64,000 nt of DNA, taken from assembly GCA_049324835.1 (NCBI GenBank), contig JBMOMT010000044.1:15592-79591 (forward strand). Direction: 5' to 3'. The notes below the pieces were generated by a model. That model saw only the letters and a program-made list of their open reading frames with translations. It made no database searches and was not told where the DNA came from. How positions within the stretch are numbered: the stretch's first letter is position 1; every line of letters starts with the position of its first letter. The stretch comes from Chloroflexota bacterium. Lineage in GTDB: Bacteria > Chloroflexota > Anaerolineae > CAYNKW01. Positions 1-9,729 of the stretch are shown piece after piece. Made by a program: the position numbers and the translations under genes.

Positions 1-863
1 TGGACGGTCAGACCGGTGGCCTCTTCAAAGTGATTCATCAACCGCCGCAGCGCGCTGCGCAGTTGCAGATCGGCCTCGACGGGCGTGCGCAGGGCGGCCA
101 CACTGCCGCGCAGCTCGGCCAGCGCCTCGCGCACCTGCTCTCGCACCGTGTCGATCAGCTCCGCCGCCCGCCCGGCGTCGGTGGAACAGAGGCGTTGGGC
201 CGCTTCGAGCTGCACCGAGGCCACGGTCAGGCGGTGGCCCAGGGTATCGTGCATCTCGCGGGCCAGCCGGTTGCGCTCCTCGACGACAGCCATTTCCTCG
301 GCGCGGAGGGCGTATTCCTGCAACTGCTCGTGGGCCGATTGCAATTCTGCCAGCAGGGCCTGGCTCTCGCGGCGGGCGCTGTCGGCCCGGGCCAGAGCGC
401 CGGAAAAGGCGCCAATAAAGGCATACAGCACGCCATAGAGGAACAACGCGATCAACCCCTCGCCCAAGCTGATGCCGACGGCAAAGGAGGCCGCCGCCGC
501 GACCGTATAGACGGCGGCCCAGAACATGCCGCAACGCAGGGGCAACACGAGGATGGCCCAGGTGATGGGGGGCATGTAAAGGACGGGATACATCGTCCAG
601 CCAGGCTGCAGGAACATCAGCGCCGCTACCAGACCCCCGTGCCCGCCCAGGTAGAGGTGGATCATCCAGCGCGGGCTCTCTCTCTTGGGCATGCGCGTCT
701 GGATGACGGCGATGAGCGCCAGCAAAATGACGACGAGCCAGCGCAGTGCGACCGTGGCGGGAGGCTCGAATCTCAGTCCCACAACGCCGGCTGCGATCAG
801 GAGGACATAGCTGGCTGCCATGAATCCGATGTTTTCGCGTCGCGTGGTTATCTCTTGGGTCAT
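1..863 (-). CDS. Sensor histidine kinase, DesK/NarL-type (HisKA_3); 3' end cut by window edge
   Basis: Absent from the ORF track because it runs off the window. The minus frame is open from ATG (861-863) to base 1. Translation gives several TM helices, a coiled coil, then the H-box EERNRLAREMHDTLGH. The 30..881 + ORF is its antisense shadow. Confidence 0.8.
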   Translation of the reverse strand, partial: MTQEITTRRENIGFMAASYVLLIAAGVVGLRFEPPATVALRWLVVILLALIAVIQTRMPKRESPRWMIHLYLGGHGGLVAALMFLQPGWTMYPVLYMPPITWAILVLPLRCGMFWAAVYTVAAAASFAVGISLGEGLIALFLYGVLYAFIGAFSGALARADSARRESQALLAELQSAHEQLQEYALRAEEMAVVEERNRLAREMHDTLGHRLTVASVQLEAAQRLCSTDAGRAAELIDTVREQVREALAELRGSVAALRTPVEADLQLRSALRRLMNHFEEATGLTV

Positions 864-880
864 GGCGAGATTATACCCTG

Positions 881-928
881 AAAAGCGTAAAACGTGAAAC
901 GTCAAGACCGCAACGCTCCCGTTTCACG
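881..928 (-). terminator. Hairpin plus U-run between ABC-2 permease and kinase gene (possible partial terminator)
   Basis: Minus strand reads CGTGAAACG-18 nt loop-CGTTTCACG followed by TTTTACGCTTTT. The stem is built from CGTGAAACG-type short repeats. Confidence 0.35.
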
Positions 929-944
929 CCCCACGTTTGACTCG

Positions 945-2204
945 TCACTCGAACCTGAAGCGCCACACCGCCACAGCCAGGAACACGACGGCAAAACCGA
1001 GCAGCGCCAGAATGTTAGGCGCCGTCTGGGCCAGCGTCCAGTTGTCGGCCACCAGCCCCATGAAACCTTCGATGCCCCAGGCGCTGGGCGTCATGCGCGA
1101 TACGATGCCGATGAACCCCCCGGCGCGAAAGAGCGGGAAAATGCTGCCGCCCAGGGCCAGCAAAACAAAGCCCAGAACCATGCCCAACTGATCGGCCTGC
1201 TGGCTGGTGCGGCACAGCGCGCCCAGCAGCATGCCCATCGAGGCCGAGGCCAGAGACAGCGCCAGGGTCAGCAGCAGCAAAGACAGGGGCGATTCACCCA
1301 GCGGCATTTTGAACAGAGCCACTCCCACAGTGAACAGAACGATCACCTGCATCAAGACGACGCCCATATAGGCCAGCATCTTGCCGCCGATGAGCGCGCC
1401 GCGCGGCATGGGCGAGGAGAGCAATCGGCGAAACGTGCCCTCTTCTTTTTCCACCAGCAGCGTCTTGGCCATCTGGCCGATGAGAAAGAAGGCGAAAGCC
1501 ACGGTAAAGCTGGGGATATAGTAGGTGATCGGATCCCAGGGTTGCAGCTCTTCCGCGCCGGCCACGGCCTCGTCCGCCACGGTGATGACCGGGTTCTGGC
1601 GCATCTGCTGCACCTGTGTCCAGATCACACCCAGGGCCTGGGCTTCGACCGCCTGGCGCAGCTCGGGCGGGGCTTTGTCGTAGCCGGGCGACTGGGCCAG
1701 GACGGCGTGGATGCCGTAACGCAGCTCGCCCAGCACGCCGATCTCGGCCATGGCCTGGTTGGCAATGCCGGCCACGATGCTGGCTGCCTCCTGTTGGGTG
1801 GGGTCCTTGATGATGGTAACCTCCACCGGCTCACCGGCGTCGATCCTGGCCGTAAAGTCGGCGGGGATGACGAGGGCCGCCGGAGCGTCGCTGCTGGCCA
1901 CCCGCTCGTCGGCCAGAGCCTGCCCTGAGCCTGGCGAAGGGGCGGCGTCGCTCAACTCTTCGACGACGAGCACCTCGGCCCCCTTGAGACCATCGACCAG
2001 CATCTGTCCATAAGCGCCGCTATCCTGGTTGACCAGCAGAACAGCAATCTCGATGGTTTTCTCTCCGCCGCCGGGGTTGCCAAAGGCCAACCCCAGCAGA
2101 CTGGCAAAGAGCAGCGGCATCAAAAAGTAAACGGCCAGAGCACCCTTGTCTTTCAAAACGATGAGCAGATCTTTCCACGCGACGGCCAGACTGTTTCGAA
2201 TCAT
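945..2204 (-). CDS. ABC-2 type transporter permease
   Basis: 419 aa with an N-terminal TM, a large extracytoplasmic loop and a C-terminal bundle of about 5 TM helices. AAGGAG RBS before the ATG. Lies in an operon with an ABC ATPase. Confidence 0.85.
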   Translation of the reverse strand: MIRNSLAVAWKDLLIVLKDKGALAVYFLMPLLFASLLGLAFGNPGGGEKTIEIAVLLVNQDSGAYGQMLVDGLKGAEVLVVEELSDAAPSPGSGQALADERVASSDAPAALVIPADFTARIDAGEPVEVTIIKDPTQQEAASIVAGIANQAMAEIGVLGELRYGIHAVLAQSPGYDKAPPELRQAVEAQALGVIWTQVQQMRQNPVITVADEAVAGAEELQPWDPITYYIPSFTVAFAFFLIGQMAKTLLVEKEEGTFRRLLSSPMPRGALIGGKMLAYMGVVLMQVIVLFTVGVALFKMPLGESPLSLLLLTLALSLASASMGMLLGALCRTSQQADQLGMVLGFVLLALGGSIFPLFRAGGFIGIVSRMTPSAWGIEGFMGLVADNWTLAQTAPNILALLGFAVVFLAVAVWRFRFE

Positions 2205-2218
2205 TTTCCTTCTCCTTG

Positions 2219-3460
2219 TTAATCGAACCTGAACCGGAGCAGGCCGATGGTCGAGAACAGCGCCACAAAGCCGGCCAGAACACCCATCTCGGGCAGGATG
2301 TCGGTCACACCCAGGCCCCGGACCATCAGATCATTGTAGGCTTGCAGCGCCCAGTAATGGGGCACGATCTTGCCGATGGTGTTGAGAAAATCGCCCAGCA
2401 CAAAGGCCGGGATAAAGGCCCCGCCCACCAGGCCGGCCACCCACAGGAACAGCGAGCTGATGCCGCCGACCTGGCTCTCGGTGCGGCACAGAGCGGCGAG
2501 CAGGATGCCCAGGCTGGTGGAGCACAGCGCCACCAGCGCGGTGATCAGGATCAGCCCCAGGAGCGAGCCGCCCAGTGTGGGCGCCTCCTGGCCCACCAGG
2601 GGCAGCAGGACCATACTCGCCGCGAAAATGACGATCACCTGCAGGATGGCGATGAAAAAGTTGGGCAGCATCTTGCCCAACAGCAGCTCCCACCTGGCCA
2701 GCGGCGCGGCCAGCAGCCGGCGAAAAGTGCCTTCTTTTTTCTCGCCAAAGATCGCCGTGGCCGTGGCCTGGGCGGTGAGAAAGGCAAACATGACGGCGAA
2801 ACCGGCCACGCTAAAGGTCGAAGGGCTGAAATCCTCCTCGTCGCGGGCCGTCTGCGTGGGCCACCTGGCCGAGAGGCTCACCAGCGGCGCGGTCTTGGAC
2901 CGCTCGAACTGGCTTTCAGCCTGCACCCGGATGCGTTCGGCGGTAAAAACCTGCACGTCTGGCGGGGCGTCGCTCATCATGGCCCCCATCTGGCTCAGGC
3001 CGTCGACCAGTTGCGTCTCCAGCGAGAGATCGGCGGCGACGCCATGGATCACCAACTGCACCGCCTGCACCTCCGAGCTGCTGGCGGCGGGGCCGTACCT
3101 CAGGCGCAGCGTCGTCTGCGCGCCGGCCTGCACGTCGGCGCTGAAACCGGCGGGGATGATGAGCGCCATCTTGATCGTTTCGTCGTTCAGACCGGCATCG
3201 ACCTGGGCCTGGTCATAGTCCTGGGTTTGCAGGCCGCGCCCGTCGTTGAGGTTGTGCAGCAGCAGCGCCGACATCTCGCCGCCGGCATCCAGGTTGACCA
3301 CCGGCACGTCGATGATCTGATCTTCCATCTGCTCTCCGGCCGCAAAGGCCGCGCTAAAAGCCAGGATGAAACCAATGGGCACCAGAAACAGCACCAGCAT
3401 CTGACCCCGGCCCTTGAGCAGCAGCATCAAGTCTTTGAAAGCGATACTCAGTGCGTTCAC
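2219..3460 (-). CDS. ABC-2 type transporter permease (paralogue)
   Basis: 413 aa with the same topology as the neighbouring permease. GTG start preceded by AAGGAGG. Confidence 0.85.
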   Translation of the reverse strand: MNALSIAFKDLMLLLKGRGQMLVLFLVPIGFILAFSAAFAAGEQMEDQIIDVPVVNLDAGGEMSALLLHNLNDGRGLQTQDYDQAQVDAGLNDETIKMALIIPAGFSADVQAGAQTTLRLRYGPAASSSEVQAVQLVIHGVAADLSLETQLVDGLSQMGAMMSDAPPDVQVFTAERIRVQAESQFERSKTAPLVSLSARWPTQTARDEEDFSPSTFSVAGFAVMFAFLTAQATATAIFGEKKEGTFRRLLAAPLARWELLLGKMLPNFFIAILQVIVIFAASMVLLPLVGQEAPTLGGSLLGLILITALVALCSTSLGILLAALCRTESQVGGISSLFLWVAGLVGGAFIPAFVLGDFLNTIGKIVPHYWALQAYNDLMVRGLGVTDILPEMGVLAGFVALFSTIGLLRFRFD

Positions 3461-3470
3461 GGTTGCCTCC

Positions 3471-4436
<966 letters not shown>

Positions 4437-4626
4437 GGTATCCTCCTCTCGGTTCAAAATCGGGAACTGGTACGATGTCTAGAGGATACCGCACAAGGGG
4501 TCACACGGGGTAGTGCCAGAGGTCACAGCAGACGGTCACACACAGGGCAATCGCATTTTATTCCTATCCGGCGCAAAAACCTGTTGACGGTAAATGAATG
4601 CCTGAAGGTCTCAAGAGACTTTATCT

Positions 4627-4703
4627 GTCATTCTGAGCGACCAAAGGGAGCGAAGAATCTCGTTGTAGGGGAACGAGACCCTTCGCCTTCGGCTCAGGGT
4701 GAC
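4627..4703. repeat. 77-bp imperfect palindromic element (GTCATTCTGAGCG...CGGCTCAGGGTGAC)
   Basis: The arms GTCATTCTGAGCGACCAAAGGGAGCGAAGAATCTCGTT and AACGAGACCCTTCGCCTTCGGCTCAGGGTGAC are largely complementary. Intergenic, non-coding. Confidence 0.6.
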
Positions 4704-4783
4704 ATTTTTCGAATTTCGATGCGATTGCCCTGGGGTCACAGGTGACGATTCGCTCCAGAGGCGGTTGGCGAATCCGAACCGGG

Positions 4784-4821
4784 AAAAAAAACGAGGGCAG
4801 GACGCCATTGTCCCACCCTCG
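4784..4821 (-). terminator. Rho-independent terminator of the gcv operon
   Basis: Minus strand: 12-bp stem CGAGGGTGGGAC/GTCCTGCCCTCG (two G-U pairs), 6-nt loop, then T8. It lies about 55 nt after the gcvPB stop. Confidence 0.8.
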
Positions 4822-4875
4822 ATAGCAAGACATCGTCGTCCTGCAGAGGAACGTCAGAGCTGTTTTACGGCCGGA

Positions 4876-6375
4876 TCACGCCGGCGGTGTCCAGCGCAGC
4901 ACCGGATTTCGCGCCGCCTGCACCTCGTCCAGGCGACCCACCGGCGTGTGATGGGGCGCGTCGTGTAACAGTTCTGGGGTCGTCCGCGCCTCCTCGGCGA
5001 TCTGGATCATGTCGGCCACGAACTGATCCAGCGTTTCTCGGCTTTCCGTCTCGGTCGGCTCGATCATCAGCGCCTCGGGCACGATGAGCGGGAAATAGAT
5101 CGTCGGCGGGTGAGAATGGCCGTAATCCATCAGCCGTTTGGCGATATCCAAAGCGTGTACGCCCTCAACGCCGGGCACCTGCCCCTGGGCCACGAACTCG
5201 TGCTTGCAGACGCGATCGCCGTGCGGGATGCAGATCACATCCTTGAGACGCGCCTGGAGATAGTTGGCGTTGAGCACGGCGTTTTCGGCTGCCTGGCGCA
5301 GCCCTTCGGCGCCCAGCGAGCGGATGTAGGTGTAGGCCCGCACCAGCACGCCAAAGTTGCCGTAGAAGGTTTTCACGCGGCCCACGCTGGCCTCCGGCAC
5401 CACCAGGTGGTAACACGGCTCGTCAGCGTGGTGATCGTGACCGCAACCGCAGGCGCAGCTTTCTTCTCGAGTGACGATCGGGCCGGGCAGGAATTTCTCC
5501 AGCCGCCGGGAGACGCCCACCGGCCCGGCGCCGGGGCCGCCGCCGCCGTGAGGCGTGGCAAAAGTCTTGTGCAGGTTAAAGTGCATCACGTCGAAACCGA
5601 GTGTGGCCGGTTTGACCACACCCAGAATGGCGTTGAGATTGGCGCCATCACCATAGACCAGCCCGCCGCAGCCGTGGATCAGATCCGTCACTTGAAGCAG
5701 GTGCTCTTCGAACAGGCCCAGCGTGTTGGGGTTGGTCAGCATCAGCCCCACCACCGTGTCGTCGCACTCGGTTTTGAGGGCGTCCAGGTCGACATTGCCC
5801 CGCGCGTCGGAGGGGATCTCGACCACCTGCAAGCCGATCATGGCCGTGGTGGCCGGGTTGGTGCCGTGGGCGGAATCGGGAATGAGCACTTTGGTGCGTT
5901 TGGTATCGCCGTTGGATCGATGGTAGGCGCGCATCACCAAAATGCCCGTAAACTCGCCGTGCGCCCCCGCCGAGGGTTGCAGCGTGACCGCCGCAAAGCC
6001 GCTGATCTCTTGGAGATATTCTTGCAGGCGATACATCAGCCTGAGGTTGCCCTGCACGGTACAGTGATCCTGGTATGGGTGGGTGCGAGCAAAACCGGGC
6101 ATGCGGGCAGCCACCTCGTTGACTTTGGGGTTGTACTTCATGGTGCAACTGCCCAGGGGATACATGCCCTTGTCCACGCCCCAGTTGAGCTGAGAGAGGC
6201 GCACGTAATGGCGCATCAGATCCACTTCACTCACTTCGGGCAGCGGCAGGTCCTGGCGCAGCATGTCAGCGGGTAGATCGGCCTCCGGCACGTCGCAGGT
6301 CGGCAGGCTGATGGCCAAACGGCCTGGGGCGGAGAGCTCAAAAATCAACTTTTCTACGATCTCAGTCATCGTCAC
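4876..6375 (-). CDS. gcvPB: Glycine dehydrogenase (decarboxylating) subunit 2
   Basis: 499 aa with the PLP region [20 protein letters not shown]. Overlaps the gcvPA stop by 14 nt. Confidence 0.95.
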   Translation of the reverse strand: MTMTEIVEKLIFELSAPGRLAISLPTCDVPEADLPADMLRQDLPLPEVSEVDLMRHYVRLSQLNWGVDKGMYPLGSCTMKYNPKVNEVAARMPGFARTHPYQDHCTVQGNLRLMYRLQEYLQEISGFAAVTLQPSAGAHGEFTGILVMRAYHRSNGDTKRTKVLIPDSAHGTNPATTAMIGLQVVEIPSDARGNVDLDALKTECDDTVVGLMLTNPNTLGLFEEHLLQVTDLIHGCGGLVYGDGANLNAILGVVKPATLGFDVMHFNLHKTFATPHGGGGPGAGPVGVSRRLEKFLPGPIVTREESCACGCGHDHHADEPCYHLVVPEASVGRVKTFYGNFGVLVRAYTYIRSLGAEGLRQAAENAVLNANYLQARLKDVICIPHGDRVCKHEFVAQGQVPGVEGVHALDIAKRLMDYGHSHPPTIYFPLIVPEALMIEPTETESRETLDQFVADMIQIAEEARTTPELLHDAPHHTPVGRLDEVQAARNPVLRWTPPA

Positions 6376-7732
6376 CCTCCTCCCACTCTTTGACGATCTC
6401 TTGCAGCGCTTCCACCAGATAGTCGATCTCGTCTTTGGTGTTCAGCTCGGTGACGCATAACAGCGTCTGGCCCGCGCGATCGGGGTAAAAGCGGCCCAGG
6501 TCTACCCCACCGATGATGCCCCATTCGAGCAGTTCCTCGTTGAGCGTCTCGACCGGCAGCGGGCAGCGCACGGCGAACTCGTGGAAAAACGGGCTGTCGT
6601 CGGCCAGCTCAAAGCCGGGCAGCCCGGCGATGCGTCTTGCGGCATAGTGCGCTTTGTGATAACTCAGCTCGGCCACCTGACGCAGGCCGCGCCTGCCCAG
6701 GGCGGCCATGTAGACGCCCGCCGCCAGGGCGTTGAGCGCCTGGTTGGTGCAGATGTTGGAGGTGGCCCGCTCGCGGCGGATGTGTTGCTCGCGGGCGACC
6801 AGGGTCATCACGTAACCGCGCTGGCCCCGATTGTCGACCGTCTGGCCCACCAATCGACCGGCCATCTTGCGCATGTAAGGCTCGCGACAGGCAAAGTAGC
6901 CCAGGGACGGCCCGCCAAAATTGAGGCCGTTGCCCAGGGGCTGACCATCACCCAGCACCACGTCGGCGCCGTACTCGCCGGGCGCTTTGAACAATCCCAG
7001 TGAGATAGGATCGGCGGCGACGATGAACAACGCCCCGGCAGCATGAGCCGCGTCGGCCAGGGCCTGCATCTGAGCCGGGGTGTACAGCCGCCCGAAAAAG
7101 TCGGGGTTTTGCACGGCCACACAGCAGGTATCGGCGTCGATCGAGGCTTTCAAGGTTTCGAGATCGTTGGTCACATCGTCGCCCACCATCTCCAGCCCCA
7201 GGCCCTGGATGTAGGTGCACACCACCTGCCGGTATTCCGGATGAATGCCGGGCGAAAGGATGGCCTTTTTCTTTTTGCCCCGGTGGACGTTAAAGGCCAG
7301 AATGATCCCTTCGGCCAGGGCGGTAGCGCCGTCGTAATGGGAGGCGTTGGCCACGTCCATGCCGGTGAGAGCGCAGATCATGCTCTGGTATTCAAAGATG
7401 GTTTGCAGCGTGCCCTGACTGATCTCGGGCTGATAGGGGGTGTAGGCGGTGTAGAACTCGGAGCGGCTGATGACGTGATCCACGATGCTGGGCACAAAGC
7501 GGTTATAAGCTCCCGCGCCCAAAAAACAGAGATAGTGATCCAGGTCGGCGTTCTGCTCGCTCATATCCCGCAGCTCGGCCAACACCTCCATCTCGGAGAG
7601 CGCCGCGGGCAGGTTCAGCTCTGGGTAACGATGCCGTTCCGGCACATCACAGAACAGGTCTGCGATAGAGCCGACCCCGATGACGGCCAACATGGCTTCC
7701 CGATCGGCCGCAGTGTGGGGGACGTAACTCAT
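6362..7732 (-). CDS. gcvPA: Glycine dehydrogenase (decarboxylating) subunit 1
   Basis: Family-typical N-terminus [15 protein letters not shown] at codon 65 of the track ORF. That ATG overlaps the gcvH stop (ATGA). The upstream 64 codons are Arg/Gly-rich junk. Confidence 0.93.
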   Translation of the reverse strand: MSYVPHTAADREAMLAVIGVGSIADLFCDVPERHRYPELNLPAALSEMEVLAELRDMSEQNADLDHYLCFLGAGAYNRFVPSIVDHVISRSEFYTAYTPYQPEISQGTLQTIFEYQSMICALTGMDVANASHYDGATALAEGIILAFNVHRGKKKKAILSPGIHPEYRQVVCTYIQGLGLEMVGDDVTNDLETLKASIDADTCCVAVQNPDFFGRLYTPAQMQALADAAHAAGALFIVAADPISLGLFKAPGEYGADVVLGDGQPLGNGLNFGGPSLGYFACREPYMRKMAGRLVGQTVDNRGQRGYVMTLVAREQHIRRERATSNICTNQALNALAAGVYMAALGRRGLRQVAELSYHKAHYAARRIAGLPGFELADDSPFFHEFAVRCPLPVETLNEELLEWGIIGGVDLGRFYPDRAGQTLLCVTELNTKDEIDYLVEALQEIVKEWEEGDDD

Positions 7733-8124
7733 CAGTGGCCCCCTTCCTGTTCGCAAAAAGCGGCATAGGTCCCGGCATCCATCAGATCCGCCAGCTCGGC
7801 CGGATCGGCGATGGCGATGCGCACGAACCAGGCTTCGCCAAAGGGGTCTGTATTGACCAGCTCCGGCGAGTCTTGCAGCGTTTCGTTGATGGCCAGGATT
7901 TCGCCGCCCACCGGCAGGTAACAATCGGCGGCTGTTTTGACCGATTCGACAGTGGCATAGACCTCGCCCCTGTCAAAGGTGTCACCCGGTTCGGGCAACT
8001 CGACATAGACGACATCCGACAATTCACTCTGGGCAAAATCGCTGATGCCAGAGAGCGCTTCGTCGCCCTGGACGCGGACCCACTCGTGGTTCCTGGTGTA
8101 AAGGCAATCCGGATCGATTTTCAT
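7732..8124 (-). CDS. gcvH: Glycine cleavage system H protein
   Basis: Lipoyl-lysine motif VESVK. The ATG at 8124 (MKIDPD) is preceded by a GAGGAGG RBS; the track ORF extends to 8151. Confidence 0.93.
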   Translation of the reverse strand: MKIDPDCLYTRNHEWVRVQGDEALSGISDFAQSELSDVVYVELPEPGDTFDRGEVYATVESVKTAADCYLPVGGEILAINETLQDSPELVNTDPFGEAWFVRIAIADPAELADLMDAGTYAAFCEQEGGH

Positions 8125-8250
8125 GTTATCCTCCTCGTATAATATGCTCATAGTCAGGCACGTAATGGAGTGGAGTACCGTAGGACGCCACTCTGCCCTG
8201 CTGCGTGGCTCACTACCAACCTCCTTTGGGTTGGGCCGTGACCGAATTAC

Positions 8251-8289
8251 AAAAGGGGAGCAGACAGAATCGAAAACTGTCTGCTCCCC
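8251..8289 (-). terminator. Expression-platform terminator of the glycine riboswitch
   Basis: Minus strand: GGGGAGCAGACAG-9 nt loop-CTGTCTGCTCCCC followed by TTTTG, immediately 3' of aptamer 2. Confidence 0.8.
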
Positions 8290-8291
8290 CT

Positions 8292-8488
8292 GTCGATCAT
8301 ACCTGAGAGATTCCCCTCACCCCGCACATCCTGGCAGCAAGAGTTGCACCATCGGTGACGCCAAGCCGGCGTCTTTCCAGAGGAAAACGATTCAGGGTCC
8401 TTTTACCTGAGAGTTTCACACGGCGGCCAGGCCCTCGCGCCGGCTTGCCCCTTCGGTGCCCGCCCTTTGCGGGTCTCTCCCCCGAAAA
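8292..8488 (-). promoter_or_regulatory. Tandem glycine riboswitch (two aptamers)
   Basis: Aptamer 1 on the minus strand: GGGGGAGAGACCCGCAAAGGGCGGGCACCGAAGGGGCAAGCC...CTCTCAGGTAAAAGGACC. Aptamer 2: CTCTGGAAAGACGCCGGC...GTCACCGATGGTGCAAC...CTCTCAGGTATGATCGACAG. Both match the conserved glycine-aptamer cores. It sits upstream of gcvH. Confidence 0.9.
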
Positions 8489-8516
8489 GTGTCGAATCAG
8501 CATCGGATCAGGGGCG

Positions 8517-8545
8517 ATTATACAATAGCCGTGGGGGTTTGTCAA
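8517..8545 (-). promoter_or_regulatory. Sigma-70 type promoter of the riboswitch/gcv transcript
   Basis: Minus strand: TTGACA-17 nt-TATAAT, a perfect consensus. The -35 overlaps the stop codon of the upstream nuclease gene. Confidence 0.7.
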
Positions 8546-8904
8546 TCGTCTGGATAGGGTTCCGCCATGCCACGATCCAACAACTCTTGATTCAGGTGAA
8601 TGCCCTCGGCCAGGATCTCTTGCCAATCGGTGCTGGTGTCGTGGTAAAAGACATCGGCAATGTAACGGCCATACTTGCCTATTTTGTAAGAGTTGATGAC
8701 CACCCGCTTGCCCACGGGCAGCTTTTCTTGCACGAACGCTTTGACCTCGAGACCCCTGGGACGCTGCGGGCCGCGGAGTTCAGGCGTGTCGATCCCACGG
8801 AGCCGCAGATTCATCGTGGCGGTCAGGAAAAAACCCAGGTCAACGGTGACGTATACCGTATCGCCGTCGACCACTCGTTGCACCGTAGCCCGATACTGAT
8901 ACAT
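8542..8904 (-). CDS. Thermonuclease (staphylococcal nuclease, SNase-like) family protein
   Basis: 120 aa. DGDTV..., LRGIDTPE and YGRYIADV are characteristic SNase-fold motifs. Confidence 0.75.
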   Translation of the reverse strand: MYQYRATVQRVVDGDTVYVTVDLGFFLTATMNLRLRGIDTPELRGPQRPRGLEVKAFVQEKLPVGKRVVINSYKIGKYGRYIADVFYHDTSTDWQEILAEGIHLNQELLDRGMAEPYPDD

Positions 8905-9027
8905 GCTCGCCTCCTGTTCGCACGAGTTTTTGCCATACCTGGCAACTGACCGATCGTCCTCACAGCCTATTCTACCCGAATCGACCGCCAGGTCAAGCTA
9001 AAAAAGCCGGTGTGCGGCAGCGGAACG

Positions 9028-9714
9028 TTATTTACGCCACTCCTCTCGCAGAATGGCGCCGTCAGAAAGGTAAATGGTGCGGTCGGTCTTGTGCGCCACG
9101 CCGGGGTCGTGAGTGACGACGATAAAAGTCTGGCCCTGAGTCTGATTGAGATCGTGCAGCAGCGCCATGATCTCGGCGGCAGTGTGGGTGTCCAACTCAC
9201 CCGTTGGCTCGTCGGCCAGAACGATGGCCGGCCGGTTGATCAGCGCCCGGGCCACCGCCACCCGCTGCTGTTCGCCGCCGGAAAGCTCTACCGGGCGGTG
9301 ATGATGCCGCTCGCCCAGGCCCACCTGTTCCAACAGCTCTCTCGCCCAGCGTCGACCGCTCGTCCGATCCAGCCGCGAATAACGCAGCGGCAGCATCACG
9401 TTCTCCATCGCCGAAAGGTCCGGCAAAAGATTAAATTGTTGGAAAACAAAACCCACCATCTGCTGCCGGATACGCGGCAACTTGCGGCGAGGCAACGCCG
9501 TCACTTGCACGCCGTCGATGAACACCGTGCCATCGGTGGGCCGATCCAGACAGCCCAACAGGTTGAGCAGCGTGCTCTTGCCGCTGCCAGAGCGCCCCAT
9601 CACCGACAGGAACTCGCCCTTTTCGATGGCTAGATCGACGCCGCGCAAGGCGTGCACCTCGGTCAGCCCCATGAGATACGTTTTGGTCAGGTTGTGCGCT
9701 TCCACGATGGCCAT
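9028..9714 (-). CDS. ABC transporter ATP-binding protein (MacB/LolD-type NBD)
   Basis: Walker [10 protein letters not shown], signature LSGGEQQRV, Walker [10 protein letters not shown]. Confidence 0.92.
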   Translation of the reverse strand: MAIVEAHNLTKTYLMGLTEVHALRGVDLAIEKGEFLSVMGRSGSGKSTLLNLLGCLDRPTDGTVFIDGVQVTALPRRKLPRIRQQMVGFVFQQFNLLPDLSAMENVMLPLRYSRLDRTSGRRWARELLEQVGLGERHHHRPVELSGGEQQRVAVARALINRPAIVLADEPTGELDTHTAAEIMALLHDLNQTQGQTFIVVTHDPGVAHKTDRTIYLSDGAILREEWRK

Positions 9715-9729
9715 TGCACGCTCCCCCGA

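Noticed and set aside
6362-7924. N-terminal extensions of track ORFs (also 11266..13776, 34551..35702, 38091..38621, 39960..40550, 40351..40992, 58141..59901, 55599..56486)
   Set aside because: The extensions are Arg/Gly/Pro-rich and overlap upstream genes or MITEs. They lack RBSs. Internal starts give family-typical N-termini with good RBSs or start/stop coupling.
8542-8904. Stand-alone thermonuclease, considered as a toxin or defence effector
   Set aside because: It is a single small SNase-fold gene with no immunity, sensor or mobile-element context. It sits between an exporter operon and the gcv riboswitch.
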